Part shown: one piece after another, positions 1-12,957 of the stretch | How positions within the stretch are numbered: the first letter of the stretch is position 1 | Layout: each line of letters opens with the position of its first letter | Assembly (NCBI RefSeq): GCF_963921235.1 | Contig: NC_086097.1 | Location: forward strand, 230,890,001-230,954,000 | Origin: Mobula hypostoma | Lineage: Eukaryota | DNA length: 64,000 nucleotides | Direction of reading: 5' to 3' | The notes under the pieces: model-generated | What the model saw: only the letters and a program-made list of their open reading frames with translations | Database searches by the model: none | What the model was told of the DNA's origin: nothing | Program-made: the position numbers and the translations under genes

Positions 1-149
1 ATAATTTAATGAGATGTTTGGACAGTGGGGACTGAAGGATATGGGAAGTGAGTGGAAAGCTGGTCTAGAGATGAAAGACCAGAAAGGTCCAAAGAATCTA
101 ATTATCTTTTTCTCATCCTAGTGGAAGAATAATGTATTTCAGTTTAACC

Positions 150-349
150 CTGTTGCTGTTGTTCCTTTCTCTGCTTTGTGGTGCATCGGGCGGCAATCTT
201 GCCGTTTTTGTTTTAGCATTTGCCTGTTTTTTATGCAGCTGAGTTGCCTGCACAATGCTCTACCCAGCATGGAAGGAGCCTGCCAGATTCGAACCCGGGA
301 ACACTCGCCTCGAAGGTGGGTGCAGGTGCCACTACAGCACCGGACGGTC
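150..349 (-). mobile_element. tRNA-derived SINE with 12-bp TSD
   Basis: Minus strand begins with a tRNA-like head (A box tgtagtggc, B box gggttcgaatc) and ends in an AAC-rich tail. Direct repeat ttcagtttaacc at 138-149 and 350-361. Confidence 0.8.
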
Positions 350-597
350 TTCAGTTTAACCTTCCTCTCATTTTATTCATTTCAGATTGACTGAATAGTT
401 TGCATTTAGACGAAGAATTCTTTCCAAAGAGAATTAGTTTTTATTTAAAAATGGATTTGAAAATATAACACAGTGAAAAATGACTGTAAAGCAAATATTA
501 ATGTGCCAAGATAAGCACAGCAAACAACTGACAAAAATATATTCTAGCCATATACTTTAAATTATGCAATTATTAAACCACCAATCTCAACACAAGG

Positions 598-1398
598 ACA
601 ATTGACAACACCACTGTTCTTGGTAAAATCTCAGATGATGAAGTGGAGGCATATGGTAGTGTGACAGGCTGGTTGAGTAATATTTCAACAACGTCCAACT
701 CAATGTCAACAAGATCAAGAAACTGATTGTGTAATTTAAGAAACGGAAGTCAGGAGAAAACAACACCAGTCCTCATTGAGAGGTCAATGGTAGAAAGGGT
801 GAGTAACTTTAATGATCTGGGTATCAACACCCTAGATCTGTCCTGAGCAATGACAAAGAGGGAATGCCAGTGGCTCTGCTTCACTCAGAATTTGAGGAGA
901 TTTGATATGTCAGCTGAAATCCTTGCAAATTTCTATAGGTGTGTGGCAGAGATCATTCTGACTGGTTGCATCACAGCCTGGCGCAGAGGCTCCACAGCAC
1001 AAGATTGGAAAAAGCTGCAGAGGGTTCTAAACTCAGCCAGCTCCATCGTGAGAACCAGCCTCCCCACCATCGAAGACACTCTCAGGAGGAGGGGCCTCAA
1101 GAAGGTGGCATTCATCATTACGGATCTTCACCATCTGGGTCATGCACTGCTCTCGTTACTACCATTGAGGAGAAGGTAAAGGAGTCTGAAGACCTTTACC
1201 CAATGGTTCAGAAACAACTTCTTCCCCTCCTTTATCAGGTTACTGAATGGTCCGTGAACCCAGGGATACTACCATTTAATTTGTTTTTACTTAATTTGTA
1301 ATTTATAATAACTATATGTTTATGTACTACACTACCGTTGCACCATAACAATTTAACATCATATAAGATGGTGATAATAACCCTGATTCTGATTCTGG
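598..1398 (+). mobile_element. Rex1/Babar-type LINE, 5'-truncated and decayed
   Basis: ORF 850-1179 (LANFYRCVAEIILTGCITAW...KKLQRV) is a Rex1 RT C-terminal region. Ends in gataataaccctgattctgattctg tail. Confidence 0.85.
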
Positions 1399-3599
1399 AA
1401 TGCAGTTATCATTTAATGTGTATGCCCAGTTGCCTTTGGAGAATAATCTCTGCCATATGTCTATAGAAAGTTGCCTTTGGAAAGATGACAATGCATCTTA
1501 CATTCAATGAGGTGAGTATATACTGTCAATAGGTTGCTGATGGTTAATAGGGAGACGAAAGTAGCTCTATGCACCTTGTGCTCTTGTCTTCACAACTATA
1601 GATTTACATTTAATCTCTAATTTGAAAATGTTGTGGTGCTAGATGATTGATAGATAACTACTGTAGAACTAATATACAAAGTTCACATAAATCATAATGT
1701 CCAAAAAGAACTTACTTAAAATCAATCAACTATTATTCTTATATCTTATAAATACATTTTATAGCCTAATTTTTTGATTTAGTCAGAGTTAAATATTTAT
1801 TATATAATAGTTGTCACTGTGAAATCAAGCTTATATTAACAACCTAAAGGCAGATATTTGCGCTTTTGTTAACATTGACATACTGAGAAACAATCTGCAT
1901 TTGTTACATCCAGCACTCAAGGTAAACAAGAGACCATTTCCATTAATCATTATCCTTAATATTCTCAAGAGCCAATCACAATAAATAATTGGGATCATTA
2001 CACCACTGATTCCAGGAAGCTGATTATGAACAAACTTGGTTCTAAACATAATGCCTTGCTAAGAAACATATTTTTACAATTGACTGATTGCAATCTACAC
2101 AGATTGTTTCCTGTGCCAAGTATTATGTAAAAAAATCATCACTGAAGTTGCAAATTATGTGGCCATGAAATATCAACACAACTGCTCATTTTCAAAGTTT
2201 TCTAAATCCTTGTTAATTTTTGTAAACTCTGCACAGTTGCATTATAAGAGATCTTCAATTTTGCATGTAATCTGAACTAATCATTTGTTCCACACATAAT
2301 ATACAATATAGAGAAAGGAACCACAGAATATTAGACTGTTAATTGGAAATAAAAGGTTCAAATTCTGATAAATTCAGAAGGGCTTTATTTTGTTTCACAA
2401 TAATCTGCCTTCATGGGATCATATATATAACAGTGCTAATTCTATTTTAATTGTACTAATTTCTGTCAGAAGGATTTTGTACATAGTTCCAGATGTGAAT
2501 ACATTATTGTTAATTGAAAACTACCTATTACAATTTTACAGAATTGACTTTAATCATTTATAAAGGGCCCTTGTTCAAAAAATATTTTTGTATCTTTGAA
2601 TGGAACACATACTGTACTTGATAAATCAACCATGAGTCCATATACCTAATGTGCCTGCTGGGATTACATACTATAAAAAAATTGGAATACATACTGCTTA
2701 TGATTTTCCAGTCATTAATTTTAATAAAATGACTCCCATCATGAAAATCCTACTGGATCAATGGTGCCTCTGGCTTGTTTCCAATCCAATCCAATGAACT
2801 CTGATCACAAGCCAGACTCAGCCGCAAGCTGGCAGCTGGTTCCCAGCAGTCTTTTCACTGCCACCTCTTCCATCTTACATGCGGTGGAAAGCGCAACGCA
2901 GTTGGGATGTAACTTTGGCTATTCAACATCCACCCACCCCAACCGCTGAATGCTCTCTCTCCAGAATGATGGCAGTTCTTGTGAACGCAAAAATCAATAA
3001 TCGCATAAAGTCTTAAGGGCTGAGTCTTGTCAGATACTGTTACATTGTACGTTCTATTACTGGCAGAATCATTATCTTTAAACTTCACCGGTACTATAGT
3101 GATGAAACTAGCAAAATGTATGAGGATACAAATAGCTTAGAGATAGTAAGTGGTATAGCAGTTATTACTCAAACATACTGCAGCTTGTCTGCATGGAATA
3201 GCTATTTGCTGGCTGCAGTCATACATCATAGTTATTGGTTGTAATTACCCTCTGTACAATGCCACCTTGGTCTGTACTCCAGACATATAGTCAAGCTAAT
3301 TATGAACTTTCTTTGACAATTTCACTTCCGTGTAAGAATCAGTTATTATTCTGTTATTCTTGATTCTAGATTTATGACAGTTCCAGGCTGCTCTGCTCTT
3401 GTAGAGCCACCCATTAGGGATAACAGACCTTGCAATAATAGTTTAGTAGTTGAACTTTGACCCATTCAAGAAGAGGATAAAAAGCAGAGGACAAGAGAAC
3501 AAATGAGTGAGAAATCTCAGATGGTGAATCAGGAGAAGCAATTTGTACAATTATTGAATAAAATAGATTATATCATTGTAGTAGTAGAGTAAGAAGTGT

Positions 3600-4066
3600 G
3601 TGACTCGAGTCGAGTACGATGTTCTCCTTATGGGTTTTGTTTTGGTGGTTCCTCAGGTCACTGTAAAGGCTGATCTGGGATACACATATCCAGGATATTT
3701 GGGAGTATGGCTTGAATGACAATTAAACTTGATCTGATTTGATTTTCCTTAATGGAGAATGCCTGTGTGTGATTTTGTTTAACATGGAGCTGATGCGCAC
3801 CACAAGATGACTGGGGATCACAAGATCACTGTTGTAGCCTTGCTCTGCCTACCCTGCTGTTGTGTTTTCTGCCAGCTCCACTGTTGAGGTCTTGGTTGGA
3901 ACGCTCTTTGTCTGGAACCTTCCCCTTGACCTTTGACCTTACCACCATGCCCGATCCTACTGGGGGCTAACTGGCAGATGGCTAAAGTCCAGACCCCGCA
4001 TCACTCTTAGGATCTCAGAAATTCATGAGCCTCTACACCATGACAGGGTGATGATCCCCGGAAAAG
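3600..4066 (-). mobile_element. Non-autonomous RTE-derived element (5'UTR joined to 3' end)
   Basis: Minus strand starts caccctgtcatggtgtagagg...ggttccagacaaagagcg (RTE 5'UTR-like) and ends cccagatcagcctttacagtgacctgagg...catcgtactcgactcgag (RTE 3' end-like). No coding region between. Confidence 0.6.
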
Positions 4067-4067
4067 T

Positions 4068-4838
4068 AGAACCAGTTAGAATCAGGTTTAAATCTTCGGC
4101 ATATGTCATGAAATCTGTTGTTTTGTGGCAGCAGTACATTGCAATACATAATTAAAAAAAATATAAATTACAATAAGAAATAATGCATATAAAATTAAAT
4201 TGCATAAGTAGTGCAAAAAGAGAGCAAAAAATAGTGAGGTGGTGTTCATGGGCTCATTATCCATTCAGAAATCTGATGACAGAGGGGAAGAAGCTGTTCC
4301 TGAAATGCTGAGTGTGTGTCTTCAGGCTCCTGTACCTCCTCCTTGATGGTAGCAATGAGAAGAGGACATGTCCTGGGTGGTGGGGGTCCTTAATAATCAC
4401 CTTTCTTGAGATGTGGCTCTTTGAATGTACCCTGGGTGCTGGGGAGGCCAGTCCCCATGATCAAGCTGGCTGAGGTTACAGCTTCCTGCAGCTTTTTCTG
4501 ATCCTGAGCAGTCATCCTCCATACCAGATGGCGATGCGACCAGTTAGAATGCGGGTCTTTGGTGAGATACCAAGTGTCCTCAAACTCCTCATGAAACACA
4601 GTCACTGTCGTACCTTCTTTGTAACTGCATCAATATGTTGGACCCAGGATAAACTTTCAGAGGTGTTGACACCCAGGATGTTGAAGCTGCTCACTCTTTC
4701 CACTCCTGACCCCTCAATAAGGACTGGTGTGAGTTTTCTTGACTTTCTCTTTCTGAGATCCACGATCAATTCTTTGGTCTTACTGACACTGAGTGCAAGG
4801 TTGTTGTTGTGACTCCACTCAACCAGCTGCTATATCTC
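4068..4838 (-). mobile_element. Rex1/Babar LINE, 3' portion
   Basis: Tail-proximal gaatcaggttt on plus strand. Minus strand encodes NNNLALSVSKTKELIVD and AQDQKKLQ motifs with frameshifts. Confidence 0.85.
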
Positions 4839-4856
4839 ACATTTATCACTCTCATT

Positions 4857-5445
4857 TCGGCTAGTGGTTTAATCTAAGGGATGATAGCCCCCGGCCCAGC
4901 TAAACTTAAGAAATCTCATTTGGGTCGACGCTGCGCGATGTGTCCCCTGTTACAAATCAGTACCACGAAATAACACACAGTACACAATATGCAATTAAAT
5001 TATTGAGCTTTATGATTCTTATTGTGACTATCTGGTTAGTAAAGAAACAAAAAAAGGGCCCATTCTCATCAAACAGTCTAATGCGCAAACGTTGGAGCTC
5101 ACTGATAAGGCCATTCGTCCACCATCGACCTCCTCCGATCGTCTCTGACCTTTGGACGCTTGCTCCAAGTCCACTCCATCTGGCAGTCTGCCAATTCTCT
5201 CCGTTCATGTCTTCTCTCCTCATTTCTCCCCAGCAAAAAGACCGCAAATTCCCTGCTCCCAGACACTCAAGAAAGAACAACATCTCGCTCATTGGCTAAC
5301 ATGTCCCGTTATCTCTAGTCATAACCCAAACATTGCTGCAACAGAGAAACCATTACCTTAGCAGTGAAACATTTACAGAGAGGCCATTACATTAGCCTTA
5401 GCAGTGAAACATTTACAGAGAGGCCATTACATTAGCAGTGAAACC
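4857..5445 (-). mobile_element. Putative solo LTR inserted in the Rex1 copy
   Basis: Non-coding block that interrupts Rex1 homology on both sides, with an internal tandem duplication. LTR identity rests on recalled similarity to ray LTR families; no clear TSD. Confidence 0.5.
5356..5435. repeat. Perfect 40-bp tandem duplication
   Basis: ccttagcagtgaaacatttacagagaggccattacattag at 5356-5395 and 5396-5435, followed by partial cagtgaaac. Confidence 0.95.
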
Positions 5446-5869
5446 TTGTTCAGGCAGGAGTTGATTCTGGCCATTCATCACAGTAGATATGAATGCCTCT
5501 GGGTGATAGTCATTGAGGCAGCTCATCCTGCTCCTCCTGGGCATTGGTATGACTGTAAAGCAGCTGGGAACCTCCGACTGCAGCAGTAAAAGATTGAACA
5601 TGTCCTTGAACACTCCCGCCAGTTGCTTGACACCGGTTTTCTGTGCCCTACTAGGACACCGACAGGGCCTGATGCCTTGCAAGGGTTCACCCTCTTGAAA
5701 GGTGTTCTGATGTTGGCCGCCAGGACAGAAATCACAGGGTCAGCAGATGCTGCAGGGATTTGCACTGGTGTAGTTTTATTTTCCCTTTCAAGGCATGCAT
5801 AAAAGGCATTGAGCTCGTCAGGGAGTGAAGCCATTTATGATGCTGGGTTTTGTCTTGTAGGAGATGGTG
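5446..5869 (-). mobile_element. Rex1/Babar LINE, RT N-terminal portion
   Basis: ORFs 5523-5834 (SLPDELNAFYA) and 5413-5682 (QLAGVFKDMFNLLL...SCLNDYHP). Confidence 0.85.
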
Positions 5870-6530
5870 ACATAGAAACATAGAAAACCTACAGCACAAT
5901 ACAGGCCCATCAGTCCACAATGCTGTGCTGAACATGTCCTTACCTTAGAAATTACCTAGGGTTACCAATAGCCCTCTATTTTTCTGAGCTCCAGCAGTCT
6001 CTTAAAAGACCCTATCATATCAGCCTCCACCACTGTCGCCAGCAGCCCATTCCATGAACTCACCACTCTTTGCATAAAAACTTACCCCTGACATCTCCTC
6101 TGTACCTACTTCCAAGCATCTTAAAACTGTGCCCTCTCATGCTAGCCACTTCAGACCCGGGAAAGAGCCTCTGACTATCCATGCTTCTCATCATCTTATA
6201 CACCTCTAACAGGTCACCTCCTATCATCCATCACTCGGAAAATAGTCCGAGTTTGCTCAACCTATTCTCATAACGCAGGCTCCCCAATCCAGGCAAAATC
6301 CTTGTAAATCTCCTCTGCACCCTCTACATGTGGATGGTTTCCACATCCTTCCTATAGTGAAGTGACCAGAACTGAGCACAGTGGGGTCTGACCAGGGTCC
6401 TATATAGCTGCAACATTACCTCTTGGCTCCTAAACTCAGTCCCACGATTGATGAAGGCCAATGCACCATATGCTTTCTTAACCACGGAGTCAATTTGCGC
6501 AGCGGCTTTGAGTGTCCTATGGACTCGGAC
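5870..6530 (-). mobile_element. CR1 LINE 3' end nested in Rex1
   Basis: catagaaacatagaaaacctacagcac tail on plus strand and decayed CR1 ORF2 C-terminus. Rex1 homology on both flanks. Confidence 0.85.
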
Positions 6531-6830
6531 AACAGCTCACCCTGCCACAGTTCACATGCATCCAATTCTGTTTCTAATTTCAAATGCAATTGTCTTTTCG
6601 CTCTTAAAGCAGCTTTCCATAGGTTGTACCTTGTCTTCTTGTATAGTTCTGGATCACCGGTTTTGAATGCCATAGATCTAGCCCTTAGAAGACTATGAAT
6701 CTCCTGGTTCATCCATGGATTTTGGTTTGGGTAAGTCCATAGGGTTCTCGAAGGCACATACTCATCCGCATAGGTCTTGATAAAGTTGGTGACAACTGTA
6801 GCGTATTCATTATATAACTGTATGAGCTCT
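6531..6830 (-). mobile_element. Rex1/Babar LINE, tether region upstream of RT
   Basis: ORF 6416-6835: YPNQNPWMNQEIHSLLRARSMAFKTGD...LWQG. Confidence 0.8.
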
Positions 6831-7262
6831 CCCATGCATATTTGTCAATCAAATATTCCATCTATGTATACTGGTCACTTGCTAACTATTGCCAATCAGT
6901 GAAATGTTGCCATCTAGAAAATCAGAAACCTCACAAAAACTGACAGGTCCCAAAGAGGCTGAGAACTAAATAAAAGTTCCAACTGAGTGCCTAAAACTTG
7001 TGAAAACTACTCTGTAACTTAAACTATGCTCATGTGTAATGTTCCTTCACACAAACTGAATAAAGCATAACAACAGGAAACCTACAAAAATGGAAGATAC
7101 ATGAGGGTGCTGAGTTTCTGGGAGTTCAAAAAACATATTCTTGAAATATTTGGAATATACTGTAAGCAATAAATTTGATGTAATGGCTCCTTTAAAATAT
7201 TTTCTTTTTATATTTAGCAATTTTTTTGTCAAAAATAAACTTTAATCACAATAAAATTTATC

Positions 7263-7889
7263 GAGGCAGATTAGGGTGGATAAACCCCAGGGCCTGACAA
7301 GCTGTCCCCTTGTATCTTGTGGGAAGCTCACGCAGAAATTGCAGAAGCACGAGCAAATGCTTTTTAAACGCTCTTAGCTACGTGTAAGGTCCTGAAGGAC
7401 TGGAGGATAGTTAATGTTGTCCTGTTGTTTGAGAAAGGATCTCTGAACAGGCTAGGAAGTTATACGCTGGTGAACCCGACATCACTGGTGGATAAGTTAT
7501 TGGAAAGTATTGTAAGGGACTGGATATATGAGTATTTGGATAGACAGGGACCAATTATGGATAGTCACCAAGGCTTTGTGTGATGTCCAACCAAATTTAT
7601 AGAGTATTTTGAGAAGGTTGGTTAGGCCTAATCTGGAGAATTGTATGCAGATCTGGTCACCTTAAACCAAGAACGATGTCACCTAAGACTTAAAGAGAAC
7701 AGGGAAAATTTACCAGGATGTTGCCAGGACTTGAGGACCTGAGTTATTAGAAATACTAAATAGGTTAGGAGTTTATTCTCTGAAGCACAGGAGAATGAAG
7801 GGAGATTTGATAGACGTGAGGGTACAGATAGGGTAAATAGCAGGCTTTTTCCACTGAGGTTAGATGATATGACAACTAGAGGTCATGTG
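7263..7889 (+). mobile_element. CR1 LINE fragment with internal deletion of RT core
   Basis: IRVDKPQGPD, PxDWRIxNVV and RMLPGLEDLSY-type motifs. Jumps from early RT to the C-terminal region near 7620. Confidence 0.8.
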
Positions 7890-9120
7890 CTCCAGTTTGC
7901 CTACCAGCCCCAACTAGGAGTTGAGGGTGCCAACGTCTACCTGCTGAACCGTGTCTACGCCCACCTGGACAAGCCAGCGAGCACTGTGAGGGTCATGTTT
8001 TTTGACTTCTCCAGTGCGTTCAACACCATCCGCCCTGCTCTGCTTGGGGAAAAGCTGACAGCGATGCAGGTGGATGCTTTCCTGGTATCATGGATTCTTG
8101 ACTACCTGACTGGCAGACAGACCACAGTACGTGTGCTTGTAACACTGTATGTCCGACAGAGTGATCAGCAGCACTGGGGCTCCACAGGGGACTGTCTTGT
8201 CTCCCTTTCTCTTCACCATTTACACCTCGGACTTCAACTACTGCACAGAGTCTTGACAACTTCAGAAGTTTTCGGATGACTCTGCCATAGTTGGATGCAT
8301 CAGCAAGGGAGATGAGGCTGAGTACAGGGCTATGGTAGGAAACTTTGTCACATGGTGTGAGTAGAATTATCTGCAGCTTAATGTGAAAAAGACTAAGGAG
8401 CTGGTAGTAGACCTGAGGAGAGCTAAGGTACCGGTGACCCCTGTTTTCATCCAGGGGGTCAGTGTGGACATGGTGGAGGATTACAAATACCTGGGGATAC
8501 AAATTGACAATAAACTGGACTGGTCTAAGAACACTGAGGCTGTCTACAAGAAGGGTCAGAGCCGTCTCTATTTCCTGAGGAGACTGAGGTCCTTTAACAT
8601 CTGCCGGACGATGCTGAGAATGTTCTACAAGTCTGTGGTGGCCAGTGCTATCATGTTTGCTGTTGTATGCTGGGGCAGCAGGCTGAGGGTAGCAGACACA
8701 AACAGAATCAACAAACTCATTCATAAGGCCAGTGATGTTGTGGGGATGGAACTGGACTCTCTGACGGTGGTGTCTGAAAAGAGGATGCTGTCCAAGTTGC
8801 ATGCCATCTTGGACAATGTCTCCCATCCACTACATAATGTACTGGGTGGGCACAGGAGTACATTCAGCCAGAGACTCATTCCACCGAGATGCAGCACAGA
8901 GTGTCATAGGAAGTCATTCCTGCCTGTGGCCATCAAACTTTACAACTCCTCCCTTGGAGGGTCAGACACCCTGAGCCAATAGGCTGGTCCTGGTCTTATT
9001 TCCTGGCATAGTTTACATATTACTATTTAACTATTTATGGTTTTATTACTATTTATTATTTATGGTGCAACTGTAATGAAAACCAATTTCCCCCGGGATC
9101 AATAAAGTATGACTATGACT
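7890..9120 (+). mobile_element. Relatively young Rex1 LINE, 5'-truncated, nested in CR1
   Basis: ORFs 7869-8279 (VRVMFFDFSSAFNTI) and 8383-8982, QKFSDDSAIVG catalytic motif, aataaagt(atgact)n tail. atgtg duplicated at 7885-7889 and 9121-9125. Carries a frameshift and stops. Confidence 0.92.
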
Positions 9121-9360
9121 ATGTGTTAAGGGTGAAAGGGGAAGTGTTTAAGGTATGCATGAGGGGTAACTTTCACTCAGGGGACAGTGAGAGTGGTGGA
9201 CATGGGTTTGATTTTGCCACAAGAGAAATTTGGATAAGGACATGGATGGGAGTGGTATGGTCCAGGTGCAAATTAATGAGGCCAGTCAGAAAAAGTAGTT
9301 TGACAGAGATTAGACAGACTTAAGGGCCTGTTTCAGTGCTGTAGTTCTCTGTGACTGTAA
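9121..9360 (+). mobile_element. CR1 3' end, continuation of 7263-7889
   Basis: TTRGH|VLRVKGE reading is restored when the Rex1 insert is removed. CR1 tail gggcctgtttcagtgctgtagttctct. Confidence 0.85.
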
Positions 9361-10011
9361 GAGAAACAGTGCAAAATCTTTTACATATTTACATTCAGCT
9401 TTATACTGATTGTACTGTTATTTGGTCAATTCAATCAGACATTTAAATTATAAAGCAAATTAAATGTCATTTTAATTAAAGACCTGCACTTGCTTTGAAG
9501 ATACTTCAGAAACACACTTTTACTCTGCAGGCTGTCTGTACAGCTCCTGACTAGTGTTTCACAGAAAGGCTTGGCCAGGAAGTCTGTGGAAGGATTGGTG
9601 GTTAAGACGTTCAGTGGCAGATGTCGGGGCAATTGTACGTTGCCTAATTTGCATGAGGATAATTAGTACTTGCAACTCGAGCAGCTGCTAGGTCTGCCCT
9701 GCTCAAAAGCTGAAGCTCTGGCAAACTGCTCAGGTGACTATCTGTAGGTTAGCTCTGCTAATTTCTGCTGCAGAATATTTTTGAAATGAAGCCACAAAAA
9801 AAAGGTAGAATTTTTTTCCCCTGGGCAGTAATCCAGCAAGGTTGACGATTAAAGAGTACATCTGATTTTAATTTTATTCATTTCTATTTAATGAAATCAG
9901 GTGCATTCTATTCTGGATTGGTTGTGGCTTTATCAGAGTACTGTCATGGCTGTGAAACAAAACCTAGTCCGAGATTATTACAGGATGATTAAAAAAAAGA
10001 GAATTGTGTAA

Positions 10012-11005
10012 GATTAGATTGTCATAGAACAATACAGCATAGCTGCCAGCGCATTGGCCCAATGAACGCATGTCAATCACAGTGCCCATTCAGCTGATCC
10101 CAATTTCCTATGTTTGGCCCATATCTAAGTCCCACCCCTCCATATACCTATCCAAGAGCTTCTTAACTGAAACTATTATATCTGACTCAACTACTTTCCC
10201 TGGCAGTTCATTCCATATATTCACTACTCTGCCCCTCTGGTCCCTTCTAAATCTTTCCCCCCTTACCCCATGGTTTTGGTTTCTCATCCAATTTATCAAT
10301 TTATAACATTAAATATTTCTATAAGACTGCCCTTTCTTCTACATTCCGAGAAATAAATACCCGGCCTGGCCAACCTTTCCCTGTAACTCAGACCTCTAGT
10401 CTGAGCAACATCCTCGTAAATCTTTCCTGCACTCTTCCCAGTTTAACCTCATCCTTCCCGCAGCAGGGTAACCAGAACTGGACTCCAAGCACAGCCTCAC
10501 CTGCGACTCCTACAACTGCAACATAATGTCCCAACTCCTACATGTCCTGACTGGTGAAGACCAGTGTGTTGAAAGTCTTTTTCACTACCCTGTCTACATG
10601 GAATGGAACTTTCAGCAAACTATCCACTTGAATTCTTACACTCTGTTCCATTACACTCCCTAGAGACCTATCATACCTACTGTAAGACCTACCCTGGTCA
10701 GATTTTCCAAAATGCATCACCTCACACTTATTTGTATTGAAGTTCATTTGTCATTCCTCTGCTCACTTCCCTAACTGATCAATAAACCTCTTGTAATCTA
10801 CGAAAATCTTCTTCACAAACAACAGTTCCTCATTTTGTATCATCTGCAATCTTACTGATCAAGCCTTGTGCATTCAAATCCAAATTATTTATACAAATAA
10901 CAAGGGTCCCAACACTAATCCTTGTGGCACACCATTTGTCACTGGCTTCCATTCCAAGAACAACCTTCAATCACCACCGTCTGTTTCCTACCGCCAAGCC
11001 AATTA
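10012..11005 (-). mobile_element. CR1 LINE 3' fragment
   Basis: ORFs 10538-10747 (FNTNKCEVMHFG) and 10108-10299 (RVVNIWNELP). GVPQG and ADD remnants near 10840-10940. Confidence 0.85.
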
Positions 11006-11067
11006 TTTGGAACACTGTACAATCATAATATATCTATCAGTGTCATACATGAAATCCTGCCAAATAT

Positions 11068-11360
11068 AAAGATTCAAAGTTCATTTTACTTTCAAAGTAT
11101 TTATGTAGAATACAACTCTGATATTTGCCTTCTCCAGATAGCCATGAAATAGAGAAAAACCATGGAATTTGTTGAAAGAAATCAAATAACCCTCCCGCGC
11201 AAAAAAAGAAAAAAGAAACTAAACTCGCAAACCCCAACCCCCCCCCCACCCCCTCTCTCACAACCAACAGATCACCCACATGGAAAATGGCAGTTGAAAC
11301 ATCAAAAACCCCAAAGGCCTAGCCCTCTCCCTCACAAAAAACAGCGACAATAATAACAGA
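11068..11360 (-). mobile_element. Non-autonomous element with Rex1-type 3' tail
   Basis: Plus strand caaagttcatttt...tacaactctgatattt...cagatagccatgaaa, the same motif as at 21189, 36192, 46852 and 55600. Confidence 0.6.
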
Positions 11361-12319
11361 GAAAAATAATCACTTCAAATTCTATCTTTAATTTTATGTT
11401 CCCCCCCCCACCCACCAGGATTATTAAACAAAGGACTATGTTATTCAAATGTACAGAGATTTCCTCCTCCTGTATTGCAACACATTGGGATAGATTATTA
11501 CTTTGTGCGATAGTAACGGGGCTGTGGCCTGGTGGCCTGTTTACATCACCCTTGATTTTTACTTCTCTGGAAGTCAATCAGCCATTCTACACAATTGTAC
11601 AAGGTGATTGCAATGTGCCTTGCTTTCCAAATTGACGTGGGTTTGGGTAATGTGGGAAGTTAAATTGATAAAAAACACAAATGTAAACCTAATCAGTTAG
11701 AATCCATCTATTTATGGCTTTGATAGAGGCGTAATGACTATCTGCACAGGGATGATGGGTTAGTCATTACTTAACTATGCCTGCATTTTTACAAGAAAAC
11801 CTACAAGGAAATGAAGGCAAGCCCACTACTATTCGCATGTCTGTATGCCAGAGGTATTTCCTCTGCAGAATACATTTAAACCTCACATTCTTGCAACTCC
11901 AGAAGTTCTCTCTATCATCACGTACCTCCCTTGGAGATCACCAACAAACCTCTATAATCATCTCCTCCCATTGAAGCCTGGACTCACTTTCAATCTCCAC
12001 TGTTTCCACTCCTCCTGCCCACAATCACCCAGCCCTTCCAACTACACTGCATCCACCACTTCCTCAATCTCTACCCCTTGACAACAAGGTATTTTTCCTG
12101 CTTTTGAGTTTTCGTTTTGGTGAATTCTCTGTGTCTATTGATAAGGTTGACATCTCATGGGGAATTTGAATAGTAACCATAAATCTGAAATCTGTTCCAA
12201 AACATAAACCCAGTATGGATCCGGGCCAACTGCTTCCTGGAAATCTGACAGTGCAGTTCCTGCTAATGGATTCCTAGGAATTCTATGTTGACTGCAAATC
12301 CAACCTAAATCCAACCCAC

Positions 12320-12572
12320 CACACACAAAATGCTGGAGGAACTCATTACGTCAGGCAGCATCTATGGAAAGGAATGAAAAGTTGTTGTTTCAATCTGAGA
12401 CTCTTCATCAGGACTGGAAAGGAAGGAGGAAGAATCGAGAATAGGATATAATCTGATAGGGGAGGAGAGTTGAAGGAGCAGGGGCACCACAGGGAGACGA
12501 TAGGCAGGTGAGGAGAAGAGGTGAGGGGGGAACTAGAATAGGGAATGGAAGAAGAGAGGAGGAGGAGGGGTG
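12320..12572 (-). mobile_element. Penelope-like terminal repeat fragment with degenerate hammerhead
   Basis: acacacaaaatgctggaggaactc...tcttcatcaggact matches the terminus of the Penelope copy at 32290-32750. Confidence 0.8.
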
Positions 12573-12574
12573 TG

Positions 12575-12770
12575 TGTTATTTTGTGTGCATAATAAAGAA
12601 CTTCAGTTCCCAGTGGGAAATGCAAGGAGTTCACCTGGAACTGGAAACTTTGATGGTGATCTGGCCTTGTGTGCCCGGTGCTAAGCAGCAGTTCAGTAAT
12701 AACATGTTCTAACGTAAAGTCACGCCAAGTTTGTCTTTATTAAGGACAACCATAACATGGTGCCAGAAGT
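12575..12770 (+). mobile_element. Gypsy 5' LTR (about 12575-12757) plus primer-binding site (12758-12770)
   Basis: TG start (tgttat) and CA end (cataaca), immediately followed by tggtgccagaagt, a TGG-start PBS, and then gag-like sequence. Confidence 0.7.
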
Positions 12771-12957
12771 CAGTGTGAGTTCCAAACATGAAGAGTAAAT
12801 GAATACCGTACACCATTACGAAATGAGCACGAAAGGTGCTAGCACAAGTCATAACGGAGAGAAACTGGCCAACGAGGTCAGAGGGCACATTGTTCCTGAA
12901 GTTCAGCAATCACAGGATTCACCAAGAGAAATTTGGGAGAAAGGTCGAGAGTTCCCA

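Noticed and set aside
1467..1511. 45-nt plus-strand segment between ctatag and gtgagt (KVAFGKMTMHLTFNE)
   Set aside because: Weak acceptor, too short to judge, no recognisable homology.
2879..3107. Minus-strand open frame bounded by ttttgctag and gtaaga (FITIVPVKFKDNDSASNRTYNVT...PPH)
   Set aside because: Splice-like ends but an unrecognisable peptide and no partner exons; compatible with chance.
5356..5445. Direct repeats considered as a CRISPR-like array
   Set aside because: Adjacent tandem duplication with no unique spacers, in eukaryotic DNA with no cas genes.
8020..8826. 268-aa minus-strand ORF and its twin at 45410-45964
   Set aside because: Antisense shadow of the Rex1 RT frame; the twin exists only because the element is repeated.
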